A stretch of 64,000 nucleotides of DNA from a virus (lineage: Duplodnaviria; Caudoviricetes): positions 32,001 through 96,000 of the IMG/VR virus record IMGVR_UViG_3300009868_000001; one strand, 5' to 3'. The first letter of the stretch is position 1, and each line of letters begins with the position of its first letter. This document shows positions 19,434 through 29,269 of the stretch, in pieces. Below the pieces are notes generated by a model, which did no database searches, was not told the origin of the DNA, and saw only the letters and a program-made list of their open reading frames with translations. The translations under genes and the position numbers were made by a program.

Positions 19434-21161
19434 TTACGACTGAGGAACTAATGTGCTACCTGTTAGGATACCAAGGTTGTCAACAGTCATTGTGATGTAC
19501 TGAGACTCTGGGTGCCATCCTGCTTCGGTGATTGCATACCTTGACTTCAGTGCGATGACTGGAGACATTGTAGACTCAGAAACAGTTTGGAAGCTTTCAG
19601 CCATGATGTAAGGCATGAACTTGATACCTGGCTCTTCGTCACCACCTTTACGACCGATGAATATACGAGAGTCTCCCCACTTGAAGTTAGGGTCAACGTA
19701 TACTTGAAGACCGTAAACCTTACCGGCTGGATACAGTTGACCTGCACCTGATGGAAGATCGTTGCTGAATGGAGCGATTGAGTAACCTTGAGCATCAGCA
19801 AGAGCAGATGCAACACGTCCGTTTGTTACAACGAAAGTACCGTTACCGAAACGACCACGGTGGTAGATAAGGTTAGCCATTTCAAGGATCTTAGTAGCAA
19901 CCCTTCTTTGTAGAGTAGTGATGTTTTCGAATCCACCAAAACCTGCTGCTAAGTTAAGGGTAGTGATACCTGAACCTTCAACTTGACCAATCTTAGTTGT
20001 GTGAAGCTTACCAAGTTGTAAGTGTTTTACAACAAGTTGCTTGTTGATTGACTGTGCAACATCGTTAACTGCTGTGTTTTCCAACATAGAGATAACGTCA
20101 TAGTTCCATACCCTGTTAAGGTCTTGGATCTGGTTGATTGTTGCAGAGATCTTTACTTGGTCGTCAACTGCTTCGACGAACTTAGTAAACATCTTGATAC
20201 CCATTGAACGGAATTTGTTCTTTTCCGCTACTTCCCTCTTCATACCAGTTGGAAGGGTTGCTTCGTCTCCGTATTCTGGAAGGAATGGACCAACAAATGG
20301 GCTTGTACCAGCTGCATAGTCGTCATCAGACATTGAGGTAAAACCAGAGATATGGTTTTCTAATGCTGAAGTAAGAGCTGCTGTGGTAGTAGTTGTGAAG
20401 TCATAATCTGCAGTAGATGCAGTAAAGGTAATTGTGTTACCGTTAGCTACATATGTTGCGATTGTGTTTGTGCTCGAAGTGTCGTTGATAACCCTTAGGA
20501 TTGGGTTTGCATCCATCCTAGAGAAACCTACAAAACGTAGAGTCAAAGTCTGACCAGATACTACGATTGTTGCTTGAACGTTGTTATCAAGATCTCCCCA
20601 AGTTGAAACACCACCACCAGTTGTTGTCATGGCAGTTGAAGGTGTAATACCTTGGATTTTGATAAGGAACGGTTCGTAGTTAGAATCCAGGTTACCACCT
20701 AAGTATACGTAATCCAGATAAGGTAAGAAACCAACTGGAGCGTCCATAGTAACGACTGGTGTAAAGTCGAATGCTATAGTCTTAGATGCAACTTGAATTG
20801 CAACTGGCATAAGGGTTGGGAACTTGTCACCAGAACCTGATGCTTTGCCTACTGGGTAGTAAGCGTTTTTAGCTGCACCACCTGCAGTGAACGGAGTCAT
20901 GCTGTTGGTTGGAGCTGAGATTTGGCCGATTTGGCTGATCGATGTTGGTTGTTGGAAAAACAGACCAGGAGCACCGCTTTCAAAAAGAGCTCCATACAGT
21001 TGTTGTGGAGTTGCAGTTTGATCGAACATCGCGTGATAGTGGCAGTAATCTGACAACCAAGGTCTTGCTTCCACGTTACCACCATGTGCTTCTACGATAG
21101 GCTTCCACGTTTCGTTGATAACGTTATCGTTAAGCCTCTTGAAAATTTTTAATGATGCCAT
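19434..21161 (-). CDS. gp23: Major capsid protein (gp23-like)
   Basis: PVVTMDAPVG, QIQDL, INKQ, RGRFGNGTFVVT, VYVDP, FMPY, SPVIALKSRYA; lies downstream of the protease gene. Confidence 0.92.
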   Translation of the reverse strand: MASLKIFKRLNDNVINETWKPIVEAHGGNVEARPWLSDYCHYHAMFDQTATPQQLYGALFESGAPGLFFQQPTSISQIGQISAPTNSMTPFTAGGAAKNAYYPVGKASGSGDKFPTLMPVAIQVASKTIAFDFTPVVTMDAPVGFLPYLDYVYLGGNLDSNYEPFLIKIQGITPSTAMTTTGGGVSTWGDLDNNVQATIVVSGQTLTLRFVGFSRMDANPILRVINDTSSTNTIATYVANGNTITFTASTADYDFTTTTTAALTSALENHISGFTSMSDDDYAAGTSPFVGPFLPEYGDEATLPTGMKREVAEKNKFRSMGIKMFTKFVEAVDDQVKISATINQIQDLNRVWNYDVISMLENTAVNDVAQSINKQLVVKHLQLGKLHTTKIGQVEGSGITTLNLAAGFGGFENITTLQRRVATKILEMANLIYHRGRFGNGTFVVTNGRVASALADAQGYSIAPFSNDLPSGAGQLYPAGKVYGLQVYVDPNFKWGDSRIFIGRKGGDEEPGIKFMPYIMAESFQTVSESTMSPVIALKSRYAITEAGWHPESQYITMTVDNLGILTGSTLVPQS

Positions 21162-21178
21162 TTTTAAAATGGATTTTT

Positions 21179-23209
21179 TTAGTTTCGAGCCCTTCTTTTC
21201 AGAGACTCAAGGTATTCGTTTGAATATCCTCTTTGGTGTTCTGCAATCTTGCTAACGTGGACAAATCCTTCTTTACCTTGGTTGCTTTCGTCAAGCTTTT
21301 GCAGTTCTTGATTTCTCTTATTTGTATATATCCTCTCCTGGATGTTACGAAAATCGTAAGAATCCCAGAAGTTTTTAACTTGATATGGAGTATTCAACAC
21401 AAATGTTGTTGCTTTCACAGCAAGTTGATTCTTTTCGCCATCGTTCATAGCTTCAAAAAGTTCTTTGTAACCTTGTGGCATGAACTTTATGTAGGTAGGA
21501 ACTCCGACGTATTTTTGGTTTAGAACAGCTTCCATTAAGTTAAGGACCTCTGCTTCATTTGTATAAACAGAGAACTTAAGTGTCTCAACAATTGCTGTCT
21601 TAGTCTCTTGGTCTAATGAATAGAACTTAGACTTATTATCTTCGCTGAGTAGTTTTAAGAACGGATATTGATTCTCTAATACTGCCTTTGCTGTATTGTT
21701 TTTAACGTAGTTAAGTATCTTATCTACTGATTCGACTATGTCATCTACTGGTGATGATTCATCTACTGATATGTTAAGACCTTCATCTACTTTCTTAACT
21801 TCATCAAGTAATCTGCGAGTTCTTAACTTAGCACTAGGTATAACTGATTCGTTCATCATTTCTGCAACGTGTTCAGTATATAGAACGGTCTTTTCAAGTT
21901 GTTCGCCTAGATAGTCAGAAGAGTATTGGATGCTTTCTCCAAGTGTTTCACCGAGATAGTTTGCGTACCCAACAACACTCTTAATGTTCTTACCTAAGTA
22001 TTCAGAATATCTGATACCTTTCTCAGCCATTTCTCCAACATATTCAGTATATCCTACTCCTCTTTGGATAGACTCTGCTAGGTAGTTCATGTAACCTACG
22101 CTTTGGTTAAAGTTACGTCCTAAATAATTTGAATAGTTGACTGCTTCGTTTAAGGTAGTTCCTAAGTAAGCTGCATAACCACGAGTTTGGTTAACGCTCT
22201 CTGTGAGGTAATTGGAGAAACCAATAACCTTGTTGACCATTGTGCCAACATGTTCAGAGTAACCGATGCTCTTATTTTGCATTTCTGCCAGATAGTCAGC
22301 GTAATTAGTTACGTTCTGAATTTCTGTTGCTAAGTAGTTAACGTATTCTACCAGTTTAGGATCTTGAGTCGTTGACTCATTAACCCTTCCTGATTTAAGG
22401 TCGTTTATCAACCCAGTTAACTGGTCGAATTTTTCCTTAACTACTTCTGTGTACTTATTAAATTGCTCTGCTGTGATGTATGCACCCTGCATTTCCAATA
22501 TGTTATTTTCGTTGAAATCGTTGAAAATGTTTTTCTTATTTATCTTGTAAACTTGAATAGACTCAGATAGACCGAGGCTCTCGCTAATGTTTTGGAAATT
22601 GTTTACGGAGATAACAGATTCCTTTTTCAAAGAATCGAAAGCTTCGAAAAGCTTATTATAGTTATAATCATAACTTTCATTTAAAGTGGTCCTGTGAAGA
22701 GATGCTTCCTCGAAGCCAGGTTCTGCCACTAGGTCATATGTGAAGATTCTATGAAGTTTGACCCTTCCTTCATTCATTATTTGACCAGCAGCTCTTGATG
22801 AGATTGATACTGTGCAACCTGATTCTACGATAGTCTTTGCTATCCTACCACATGGAGTATCAAGAAGCTTTACACGTATTTTAACTCTATTTGAACCTTC
22901 ATCATATGTAAGAGATTCAACAACGTGTGAAACGTTTTTAAGAGCAATATCAAAATCCTTTGGGTGGTCTAATTCTCCGAAGAGCTTACCCCTCTTGATT
23001 TTTTCTTGTAAATATGTAAGATGGGGAAGGTATTCGTCCTTCTCGTAAATACGATTGTTATTGTTCTTAACTCCAAAAACAGCTGCAGTTCCCTCTAACG
23101 TAATATCATCTCCTGACTTATTAACAGTTAGAGCCTCGTTTACCCTAGTTATAACAAACGCTGGGTTATCAATGGATGCAAAAAGCTTTGCAAAATCGGG
23201 TGCTACCAA
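21179..23209 (-). CDS. gp21: Prohead protease (gp21) fused to a scaffold/core-like (gp22) region
   Basis: NNNNRIY, GELDHP, ISSRAAG, TYDLVAEPGF, then a helical region with 14-aa repeats and many xxES sites; ATAAATA at 23229-23235. Confidence 0.88.
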   Translation of the reverse strand: MVAPDFAKLFASIDNPAFVITRVNEALTVNKSGDDITLEGTAAVFGVKNNNNRIYEKDEYLPHLTYLQEKIKRGKLFGELDHPKDFDIALKNVSHVVESLTYDEGSNRVKIRVKLLDTPCGRIAKTIVESGCTVSISSRAAGQIMNEGRVKLHRIFTYDLVAEPGFEEASLHRTTLNESYDYNYNKLFEAFDSLKKESVISVNNFQNISESLGLSESIQVYKINKKNIFNDFNENNILEMQGAYITAEQFNKYTEVVKEKFDQLTGLINDLKSGRVNESTTQDPKLVEYVNYLATEIQNVTNYADYLAEMQNKSIGYSEHVGTMVNKVIGFSNYLTESVNQTRGYAAYLGTTLNEAVNYSNYLGRNFNQSVGYMNYLAESIQRGVGYTEYVGEMAEKGIRYSEYLGKNIKSVVGYANYLGETLGESIQYSSDYLGEQLEKTVLYTEHVAEMMNESVIPSAKLRTRRLLDEVKKVDEGLNISVDESSPVDDIVESVDKILNYVKNNTAKAVLENQYPFLKLLSEDNKSKFYSLDQETKTAIVETLKFSVYTNEAEVLNLMEAVLNQKYVGVPTYIKFMPQGYKELFEAMNDGEKNQLAVKATTFVLNTPYQVKNFWDSYDFRNIQERIYTNKRNQELQKLDESNQGKEGFVHVSKIAEHQRGYSNEYLESLKRRARN
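21858..22345 (-). repeat. Twelve degenerate 14-aa coding repeats (YxxYLxExxxxxxG)
   Basis: YVNYLATEIQNVTN / YADYLAEMQNKSIG / ... / YTEHVAEMMNES. Confidence 0.85.
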
Positions 23210-23279
23210 CTTGGTCTAATTTTTTTCTTATTTATTAAGAGAAGACCAAGTAAAAATGAAAAGGTGTGTAATTATCCTA

Positions 23280-24203
23280 TCATCTGCACTTTTTTAGGAT
23301 AGTTTTCAGCGTTTCTAACTCACTTTCAGTAATATTTTTAGTGTTTAGGTCTCTTGGTTGAACAATAAACACATAGTTAGATACCACGTCATTAGGCATT
23401 TTTATGCCTTTATTATAGATTGTAAACTTAATTCTACTTAAATTCGATGAGTCGTATGATTTGACCTTAAACTTTTCTCCAACACATGTATCCACAAAGA
23501 TTGGTTCCTTTAAAAGCAAGTCGACCAGGTTACATGGAACTACATGATACACAGTTCCATCAGGCTCCATCCATAAAGTATCATCCGTTTTAAAAACTAT
23601 GTCAATTAAGGCGTCACCTGCGTATTTTACGTTCATACTGACCTGTTCTTCACCCATACCCTTAGCTATAAACCTAATATAATAGGTCTGTTCACCATTA
23701 TTGTTTAGGATATTAATAGGTTGCCAGTTTTCCCTAAGGTTAACCTTTATTGTTATAGATTCGTTTGAGATTGAACCAATACCTACGTCTGAAACAATGG
23801 TTCGTGAATATGGTATTTCAAACGAGACTCCTTTCATCAAATCAGCAAGAGGCACTTCCTTTCTAATATAAATGTTAAGGTTTTCGACTGACCTATTTGA
23901 TTTTTCAAAGTCCTTAAACCATCTATCTCTAAAACTAGTTCCAAAACCATCGATAAAATCTGCTCGACCGAAATCGGAGCTGAAGGATTGTTCGCTAGTC
24001 TCAGGCGTTTTTCTTCGTACGTCGTATTTTTGACGGGCTGTTTCGTTTCCTAATGTCTCAAAAGCTTCAGTTATTTCCTTAAACTTGTTTTCGTCTCCTC
24101 CCTTATCAGGGTGATGTTTCTTCGCAAGGTTACGGTATGCTGTTTTTATCTGAGCAGCCGTCGCATTTTCATTAACTCCTAATATTTTATAATAGTCTTT
24201 CAT
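23280..24203 (-). CDS. dnaJ: DnaJ-family co-chaperone (J-domain + C-terminal domain, no zinc finger)
   Basis: MKDYYKILGV, HHPDKGG, FKEITEAFETL. Confidence 0.85.
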   Translation of the reverse strand: MKDYYKILGVNENATAAQIKTAYRNLAKKHHPDKGGDENKFKEITEAFETLGNETARQKYDVRRKTPETSEQSFSSDFGRADFIDGFGTSFRDRWFKDFEKSNRSVENLNIYIRKEVPLADLMKGVSFEIPYSRTIVSDVGIGSISNESITIKVNLRENWQPINILNNNGEQTYYIRFIAKGMGEEQVSMNVKYAGDALIDIVFKTDDTLWMEPDGTVYHVVPCNLVDLLLKEPIFVDTCVGEKFKVKSYDSSNLSRIKFTIYNKGIKMPNDVVSNYVFIVQPRDLNTKNITESELETLKTILKKCR

Positions 24204-24208
24204 TTCCT

Positions 24209-24236
24209 TAAACTAAGAAGCATAGCTTAGTATAAT
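24209..24236 (+). promoter_or_regulatory. Putative early/middle promoter TAAAC-N16-GTATAAT for the glycan island
   Basis: Same bipartite motif as before the dCTPase, uvsX, uvsY and polymerase C-subunit genes. Confidence 0.55.
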
Positions 24237-24268
24237 ACTTTACTAAAAAAGGAAATAATCAGGACAAA

Positions 24269-24919
24269 TTGGAGCTCAAAAATTTCATCCAGGCCCACCC
24301 AAATGAAAAATTTCTCATTCTTGGAAACGGAAAGTCAATTTTAAATCTTCCTAAAAAGATTGACTTAATTACCATTGGTGTAAATGACATAGAACGCCAT
24401 ATGATTCCTACTTATTTAGTTTTAACAGACAATCCTAATAGATTTGGTGTTGTAAATTCCAAACGAAGAAACCAAGTTCAATCGACTAAATCTAAGTTTG
24501 TCTTTGTTTTCGATAAATGGTGGACTTTTAAAAGTGATGACGGAAAAAACTTAGACTATAAAAGAATAGTCATGAAATTAGGTAAAAAGGGAAAACTTGA
24601 TAACCTAGATTCAAAGGACACTGTTGACTATTCAATAACGTCTCCGTATGTCGCTGCTATACTTGCATATAAAATGGGAGCCAAAGAAATTGGAATAATC
24701 GGAGTTGATTTTACGGACGGTCATTTTTATAGACCAGAGGATGGTGTTCACCCTATAGTTAAATCGTCTCGGTTAGAAGAGGTTGAGTGTCATTTCAAGG
24801 CATTAACTGAAGAGCTTGAACGTCGTGGTATTAAGGTTTGGAACTTAAGTGAAGAATCTATCTTAAAGCCAATTCCAAAAAAGAGCCTAAGTGAGTTTTT
24901 ATGTTACCAGACAACGTGA
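24269..24919 (+). CDS. Sialyltransferase/Maf-like glycosyltransferase (CstII/GT42 or DUF115-like)
   Basis: LILGNGKSI, IGVND, GVDF, HFY. Confidence 0.65.
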   Translation: MELKNFIQAHPNEKFLILGNGKSILNLPKKIDLITIGVNDIERHMIPTYLVLTDNPNRFGVVNSKRRNQVQSTKSKFVFVFDKWWTFKSDDGKNLDYKRIVMKLGKKGKLDNLDSKDTVDYSITSPYVAAILAYKMGAKEIGIIGVDFTDGHFYRPEDGVHPIVKSSRLEEVECHFKALTEELERRGIKVWNLSEESILKPIPKKSLSEFLCYQTT

Positions 24920-25527
24920 AGATAGTTATACCTGCCAGAAGAGGTTCTAAGGGGTTTCCGTTTAAAAACAGAAAGCTTCTTCAATATACTCTTAATTCAA
25001 TTCCTAAAAAATATAGGAAAATGGTCTGGATAACGACGGATGACGAAAAAATTATAGATAAATGTAGAGGTGATTATAATGTAGTTGTTAGACCTAAATC
25101 ATTAGCACAGGATAATACTCCAATATGGAACTCCATGTTTCACCTCATTATTTCCAATAAGTCCTTTAAAAAGGACGACATTATCATAATGTTGTATTTA
25201 ACTTACCCAGATAGAAAATGGAAGTTAGTATTAAAGGCATTAAAGTTCTTTAAGAAACATAAAGCTAAAAGTCTTTTATGTAAAATTAAGGTTGATTCTC
25301 ATCCATATTTAATGATGTATGAAAACGGAATCAACGGCCGAATGATTGTATCTCACAATAAGTTTAGAAGACAAGACTATCCTGAAGTCTTTGAGCTCAG
25401 TCATTGTGTTTGCATCTTTAAAGTTAGTGAAATCCAAAACCTAGGTAGAAACCTATGGAATAATAATACAGTATACTTTCCAATTAAAAGACATCGGGAC
25501 GTAGACTATAAAAATCAATATAAGTAG
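24901..25527 (+). CDS. neuA: Acylneuraminate (CMP-nonulosonate) cytidylyltransferase
   Basis: IPARRGSKGFPFKN, TTDD, RPKSLAQD, RRQD, DVD. Confidence 0.85.
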   Translation: MLPDNVKIVIPARRGSKGFPFKNRKLLQYTLNSIPKKYRKMVWITTDDEKIIDKCRGDYNVVVRPKSLAQDNTPIWNSMFHLIISNKSFKKDDIIIMLYLTYPDRKWKLVLKALKFFKKHKAKSLLCKIKVDSHPYLMMYENGINGRMIVSHNKFRRQDYPEVFELSHCVCIFKVSEIQNLGRNLWNNNTVYFPIKRHRDVDYKNQYK

Positions 25528-25532
25528 TAAAA

Positions 25533-27077
25533 ATGAAAAGTGCGTTATTTACATACATTACAGAGTATTTGGTAAATGAGGTTGAACATGCAATAGATTC
25601 ATTTATGGTCAATCATGATGATTTTAATGGTAACATAATCATCCTGTATTCTAAATATGAACCGATAAGTGAAAAGACTCAACTTAAATTTAAGGAAAAA
25701 TATAACCCAATATTCAAATTAGTTTCAAGTGCTGGCCTTGATGTATTGTATTCAAGACTCAGAGGAGAGTTTAATCAAAACCCTTCAATCTGTCAATATC
25801 TTTTAGTTGAAGCATTAGGCGCCGTAAGTTATGACAAAATATATGCGATTTCGCCTAAAGTAACGATGACAGGCAAGTCAGACCAATATGTAAAAGCAGG
25901 TGACATAATTTTCTTTAAAAAGGATATGACTTATCGTGAAGATAAGAAGTTAATAGTTAGACTGGGACCAACTCTAGTCAATCCTAACTTTTTTATAGTT
26001 AACAAGCCGGCAATGGGGCAAAATTATCCAGGTTTTTTATATAAGAACCTTGTGTTTAATCGAGACCTAAGTACTGCAATGACTTATTTTCTCGTAAACT
26101 ATCTTTCAACCAAATGTCAGGTAAAAATTCTTGAAAATTCAGCTTTTCCAATAGTCGAAAATTTTTCAAATCAGGCATTTCCGATATTCGTTGCAAATCA
26201 ATCGAGGATGATAGGGATAGACTTTACGTTTATCAATAATGTAAATCAAAAAAATTATCTAAAGGTCCTGGATTTTTACAAAAAGAACCGGGAATTTGTT
26301 GATTCGTCTATCAAAGATAGACTTTTTAGGTATTCACCAGACAATTCTTTTGAAAATATTGACGTAGATATTGCAACTGAAATACCAGATGACTTGAAAT
26401 ACAATGTTCAGGGCCAAAATGAAAAATTATGTTTAATTGTCTCATTTAGAAACAGAGACCAACACCTCGAGGTATTTCTTCCATACATAACTGCGTACCT
26501 TGAAAATGTCAATAATATTCATGACTATCAAATAGTTATAGTCGAACAGGCCGACAATAAGCCATTCAATCGTGCTAAACTATTTAACATAGGTGTTAAT
26601 GAATGTCCTGGTTTCGATTACTATTGTTTTCATGACATTGACCTAATTCCAATCAATGTAGACTATTCATATTCACCTGATCCAACACACTTAGCTGTTT
26701 ATGTAGAACAGTTCGGTTATGAGATTCCATATGCTGAATATTGGGGAGGAGTCATTATTGTTCCGACTGATTCATTTAAAGCAGTTAACGGATTTAGTAA
26801 TGAATATTGGGGATGGGGAGCAGAGGATGATGATTTTTACCATCGTTTGTTAAATGGTAAATGTAATCCTGTTCGACGACCTGGCGGTAAATACAGGTCT
26901 CTTTCACATGTTAGTAATATGGATCCAGTCATACGTGAGAAAAACTGGAAACAGTTTTTGGAAGCTAAAAATTCTGGATTTAATAAGCAAATAAGCAGCG
27001 GTCTTTCAAACCTAGAGTATAAACTTCTTAGTGTTTCAGGATACGGCAAAATAAAATTTATCAAGGCTGAATTATGA
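25533..27077 (+). CDS. GT7 (beta-1,4-galactosyltransferase-like) C-terminal domain fused to a degenerate GT-like N-terminal domain
   Basis: FRNRDQHL, FNRAKLFNIG, FHDID, NGFSNEYWGWGAEDDD. Confidence 0.85.
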   Translation: MKSALFTYITEYLVNEVEHAIDSFMVNHDDFNGNIIILYSKYEPISEKTQLKFKEKYNPIFKLVSSAGLDVLYSRLRGEFNQNPSICQYLLVEALGAVSYDKIYAISPKVTMTGKSDQYVKAGDIIFFKKDMTYREDKKLIVRLGPTLVNPNFFIVNKPAMGQNYPGFLYKNLVFNRDLSTAMTYFLVNYLSTKCQVKILENSAFPIVENFSNQAFPIFVANQSRMIGIDFTFINNVNQKNYLKVLDFYKKNREFVDSSIKDRLFRYSPDNSFENIDVDIATEIPDDLKYNVQGQNEKLCLIVSFRNRDQHLEVFLPYITAYLENVNNIHDYQIVIVEQADNKPFNRAKLFNIGVNECPGFDYYCFHDIDLIPINVDYSYSPDPTHLAVYVEQFGYEIPYAEYWGGVIIVPTDSFKAVNGFSNEYWGWGAEDDDFYHRLLNGKCNPVRRPGGKYRSLSHVSNMDPVIREKNWKQFLEAKNSGFNKQISSGLSNLEYKLLSVSGYGKIKFIKAEL

Positions 27078-27691
27078 AAATTGATTTGACTAAAATTCCT
27101 GCTTTTTGGTTTGGTGGCATTAAACCAAATCGGGCAAAAAGAATCACAAATATGTTTAAGCGGACAGGTATCAATGCTTCCAAGCTTGAAACATTTATAG
27201 ATTCCGACCCGGTTATGGGTTGTGCACTCAGTATGAAAAACGCCCTTAAGGTCGTCAATCAAATAGACGAACCATGTTTAGTATTTGAGGATGACGCAGA
27301 AACTACTGCCCATGTTAGGTCTATGGTTATTGAAGTTCCTGATGATGCAGATGCAGTTTATCTTTGTTTAAGTAAATATGGAGTAATGAAGGATTGGAAA
27401 CTTCAACACCGAGATAAAATGGCTTCAGAAAAGGATTTTTCCTTTGTTAGGACCAGAGATCCTAGATTTGTTAAGTTAAACAATATGGTAACGTTGACTG
27501 CTGTTGTTTACATAACTGAGAGGTATAAGAAACATGCATTAAAAGAAATTGATTCAGTGATTCCTACCAAACTTCACTGTGATGTTCCTATTGCATTGGC
27601 CTTACGTGATTTTAATGTATATGCTATGACCAAACCTCTTTTTTATCAAGAGTGCCCATTGTCTAAAAAAACAACCAATTTTGTGCTATGA
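27074..27691 (+). CDS. GT25-like glycosyltransferase
   Basis: GCALS, LVFEDDA, HCD, FYQ. Confidence 0.7.
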   Translation: MKIDLTKIPAFWFGGIKPNRAKRITNMFKRTGINASKLETFIDSDPVMGCALSMKNALKVVNQIDEPCLVFEDDAETTAHVRSMVIEVPDDADAVYLCLSKYGVMKDWKLQHRDKMASEKDFSFVRTRDPRFVKLNNMVTLTAVVYITERYKKHALKEIDSVIPTKLHCDVPIALALRDFNVYAMTKPLFYQECPLSKKTTNFVL

Positions 27692-28512
27692 TAGCAAGAA
27701 CTTTTTTCTCTAGAAAATGGAACGATAATGGGGAACCTTGGTTTCAAGTTGACCTTCCGTTTAAGTGTGATATTTACATGAATTATATAGACCATGAAAC
27801 CCTTGCTAAAACCCCATCAGGCGTTAAAAAGGTTTTCATGGACATAAACGAACCTACGTTTTACGGTCAGTCTGTTGAGACTTTATTGGAAAACGCTGAT
27901 AAATTTAATGCTATAATAACTAAACACCAAAGTGTTATAAATTCGATTCCTTGGGCAACAACTGATATTTGGGCATCAAGCTACATTATTCCCAACAAAA
28001 ATATAGACAAGGATTTCTCCGTTTCCTTTCTTTGCACGAATAAAAAAGGTTACCCTGGATACGAAGTCAGACACCAGCTTTGGAACAGACAGGACGAAAT
28101 AACAGTCCCAAAAAGATTTTGGAGTTCAAAATATCTACCAGTAGACCCCAATCGCATTTTACCTGGAACCGGTGAAAATACCGATAAGATTGTTTTATTT
28201 AAGTCTATGTTTTCAATCTGTCCTGAAAATTCAAGTGAAGAGAACTACCTTACTGAAAAGATTATGGATTGTTTTTTAACGATGACTGTTCCAATCTATC
28301 GTGGGTGCACGAATTTTGAAAAATATTTTAATCCAAACGGTGTCATCTTTTTTAATGACATTGACGATTTAATTCAAAAGATTAATAATTTAACTCCTTA
28401 TGAATATTTCAGTAGACTTCCAGCTATGCAGGAAAATTTCAACAAAGCTATGAAAATGATGAATCCCGGTGAAAGAGTTAGGGATCTCATTTTACAAAAA
28501 ATAAAACAATAA
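27688..28512 (+). CDS. GT10 (fucosyltransferase-like) glycosyltransferase
   Basis: FSICPENSSEENYLTEKIMDCF...VPIYRG. Confidence 0.8.
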   Translation: MIARTFFSRKWNDNGEPWFQVDLPFKCDIYMNYIDHETLAKTPSGVKKVFMDINEPTFYGQSVETLLENADKFNAIITKHQSVINSIPWATTDIWASSYIIPNKNIDKDFSVSFLCTNKKGYPGYEVRHQLWNRQDEITVPKRFWSSKYLPVDPNRILPGTGENTDKIVLFKSMFSICPENSSEENYLTEKIMDCFLTMTVPIYRGCTNFEKYFNPNGVIFFNDIDDLIQKINNLTPYEYFSRLPAMQENFNKAMKMMNPGERVRDLILQKIKQ

Positions 28513-28513
28513 C

Positions 28514-29269
28514 GTGGATTTAATAGTCGATAATAAAAACAAGGTCCTAGTGTTTTGGAATGCTAAGTGTGGGTGTTCTTTTGTAAAAGCATTATTTTTA
28601 CAATCTCGTGAAATACCTTTACCTGAGTTTGAGCAGTTACATGAAATCATAGGATATGGGTATAGTCCAAACCAGGAATTTTCGTTTATTGATACAAACG
28701 ATTTAGAAAGATATTCTTCATATAAAAAGGTCCTTATCGTTAGGGACCCATATAAAAGATTGGTGAGCGGATTCTTAGAAAAGATCCCCAAATGGATTAA
28801 GGCTGGTCACTTTAATCAATCATGTTACCTGTCATTTAACGATTTTATTTCTAAAATATCAGAGATAAACGGAGTAGTTTCATGTGGCTCTTCTTCTTTT
28901 TATGACATTAAACACTTCATTCCCCAGTTTTCTGAAAAATATGAAATATTTGAAAAGATGGGGTGGACTTTTGACTATGTGATAGACGTTTCTCAGCTTT
29001 CTAAAAATATAGATGTGTTTGAGAACTTATTCAGTTCTAAACTCGATGAAGTCGCTGCATTTGAAATTGGTAGCTCACACCAAGTCAAATATTCCGATTC
29101 AATTAGAGAAGGTTCAGCAGACGTTCCACTAGAAGAATGGATGAACACTAACGTTTTCCCAAACTACAAAAGCTTTTATATGAACGAACAGGTCATGCAG
29201 TCCTTTAATCATCTCTATTCAAATGACCTACTAAAATTAAAAGAACTTGGTTTTGAATATTCATTATGA
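28514..29269 (+). CDS. Carbohydrate sulfotransferase (Sulfotransfer_2-like)
   Basis: 5'-PSB WNAKCGCS, 3'-PB VRDPYKRLVSG, HFIPQ, YSND. Confidence 0.8.
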   Translation: MDLIVDNKNKVLVFWNAKCGCSFVKALFLQSREIPLPEFEQLHEIIGYGYSPNQEFSFIDTNDLERYSSYKKVLIVRDPYKRLVSGFLEKIPKWIKAGHFNQSCYLSFNDFISKISEINGVVSCGSSSFYDIKHFIPQFSEKYEIFEKMGWTFDYVIDVSQLSKNIDVFENLFSSKLDEVAAFEIGSSHQVKYSDSIREGSADVPLEEWMNTNVFPNYKSFYMNEQVMQSFNHLYSNDLLKLKELGFEYSL

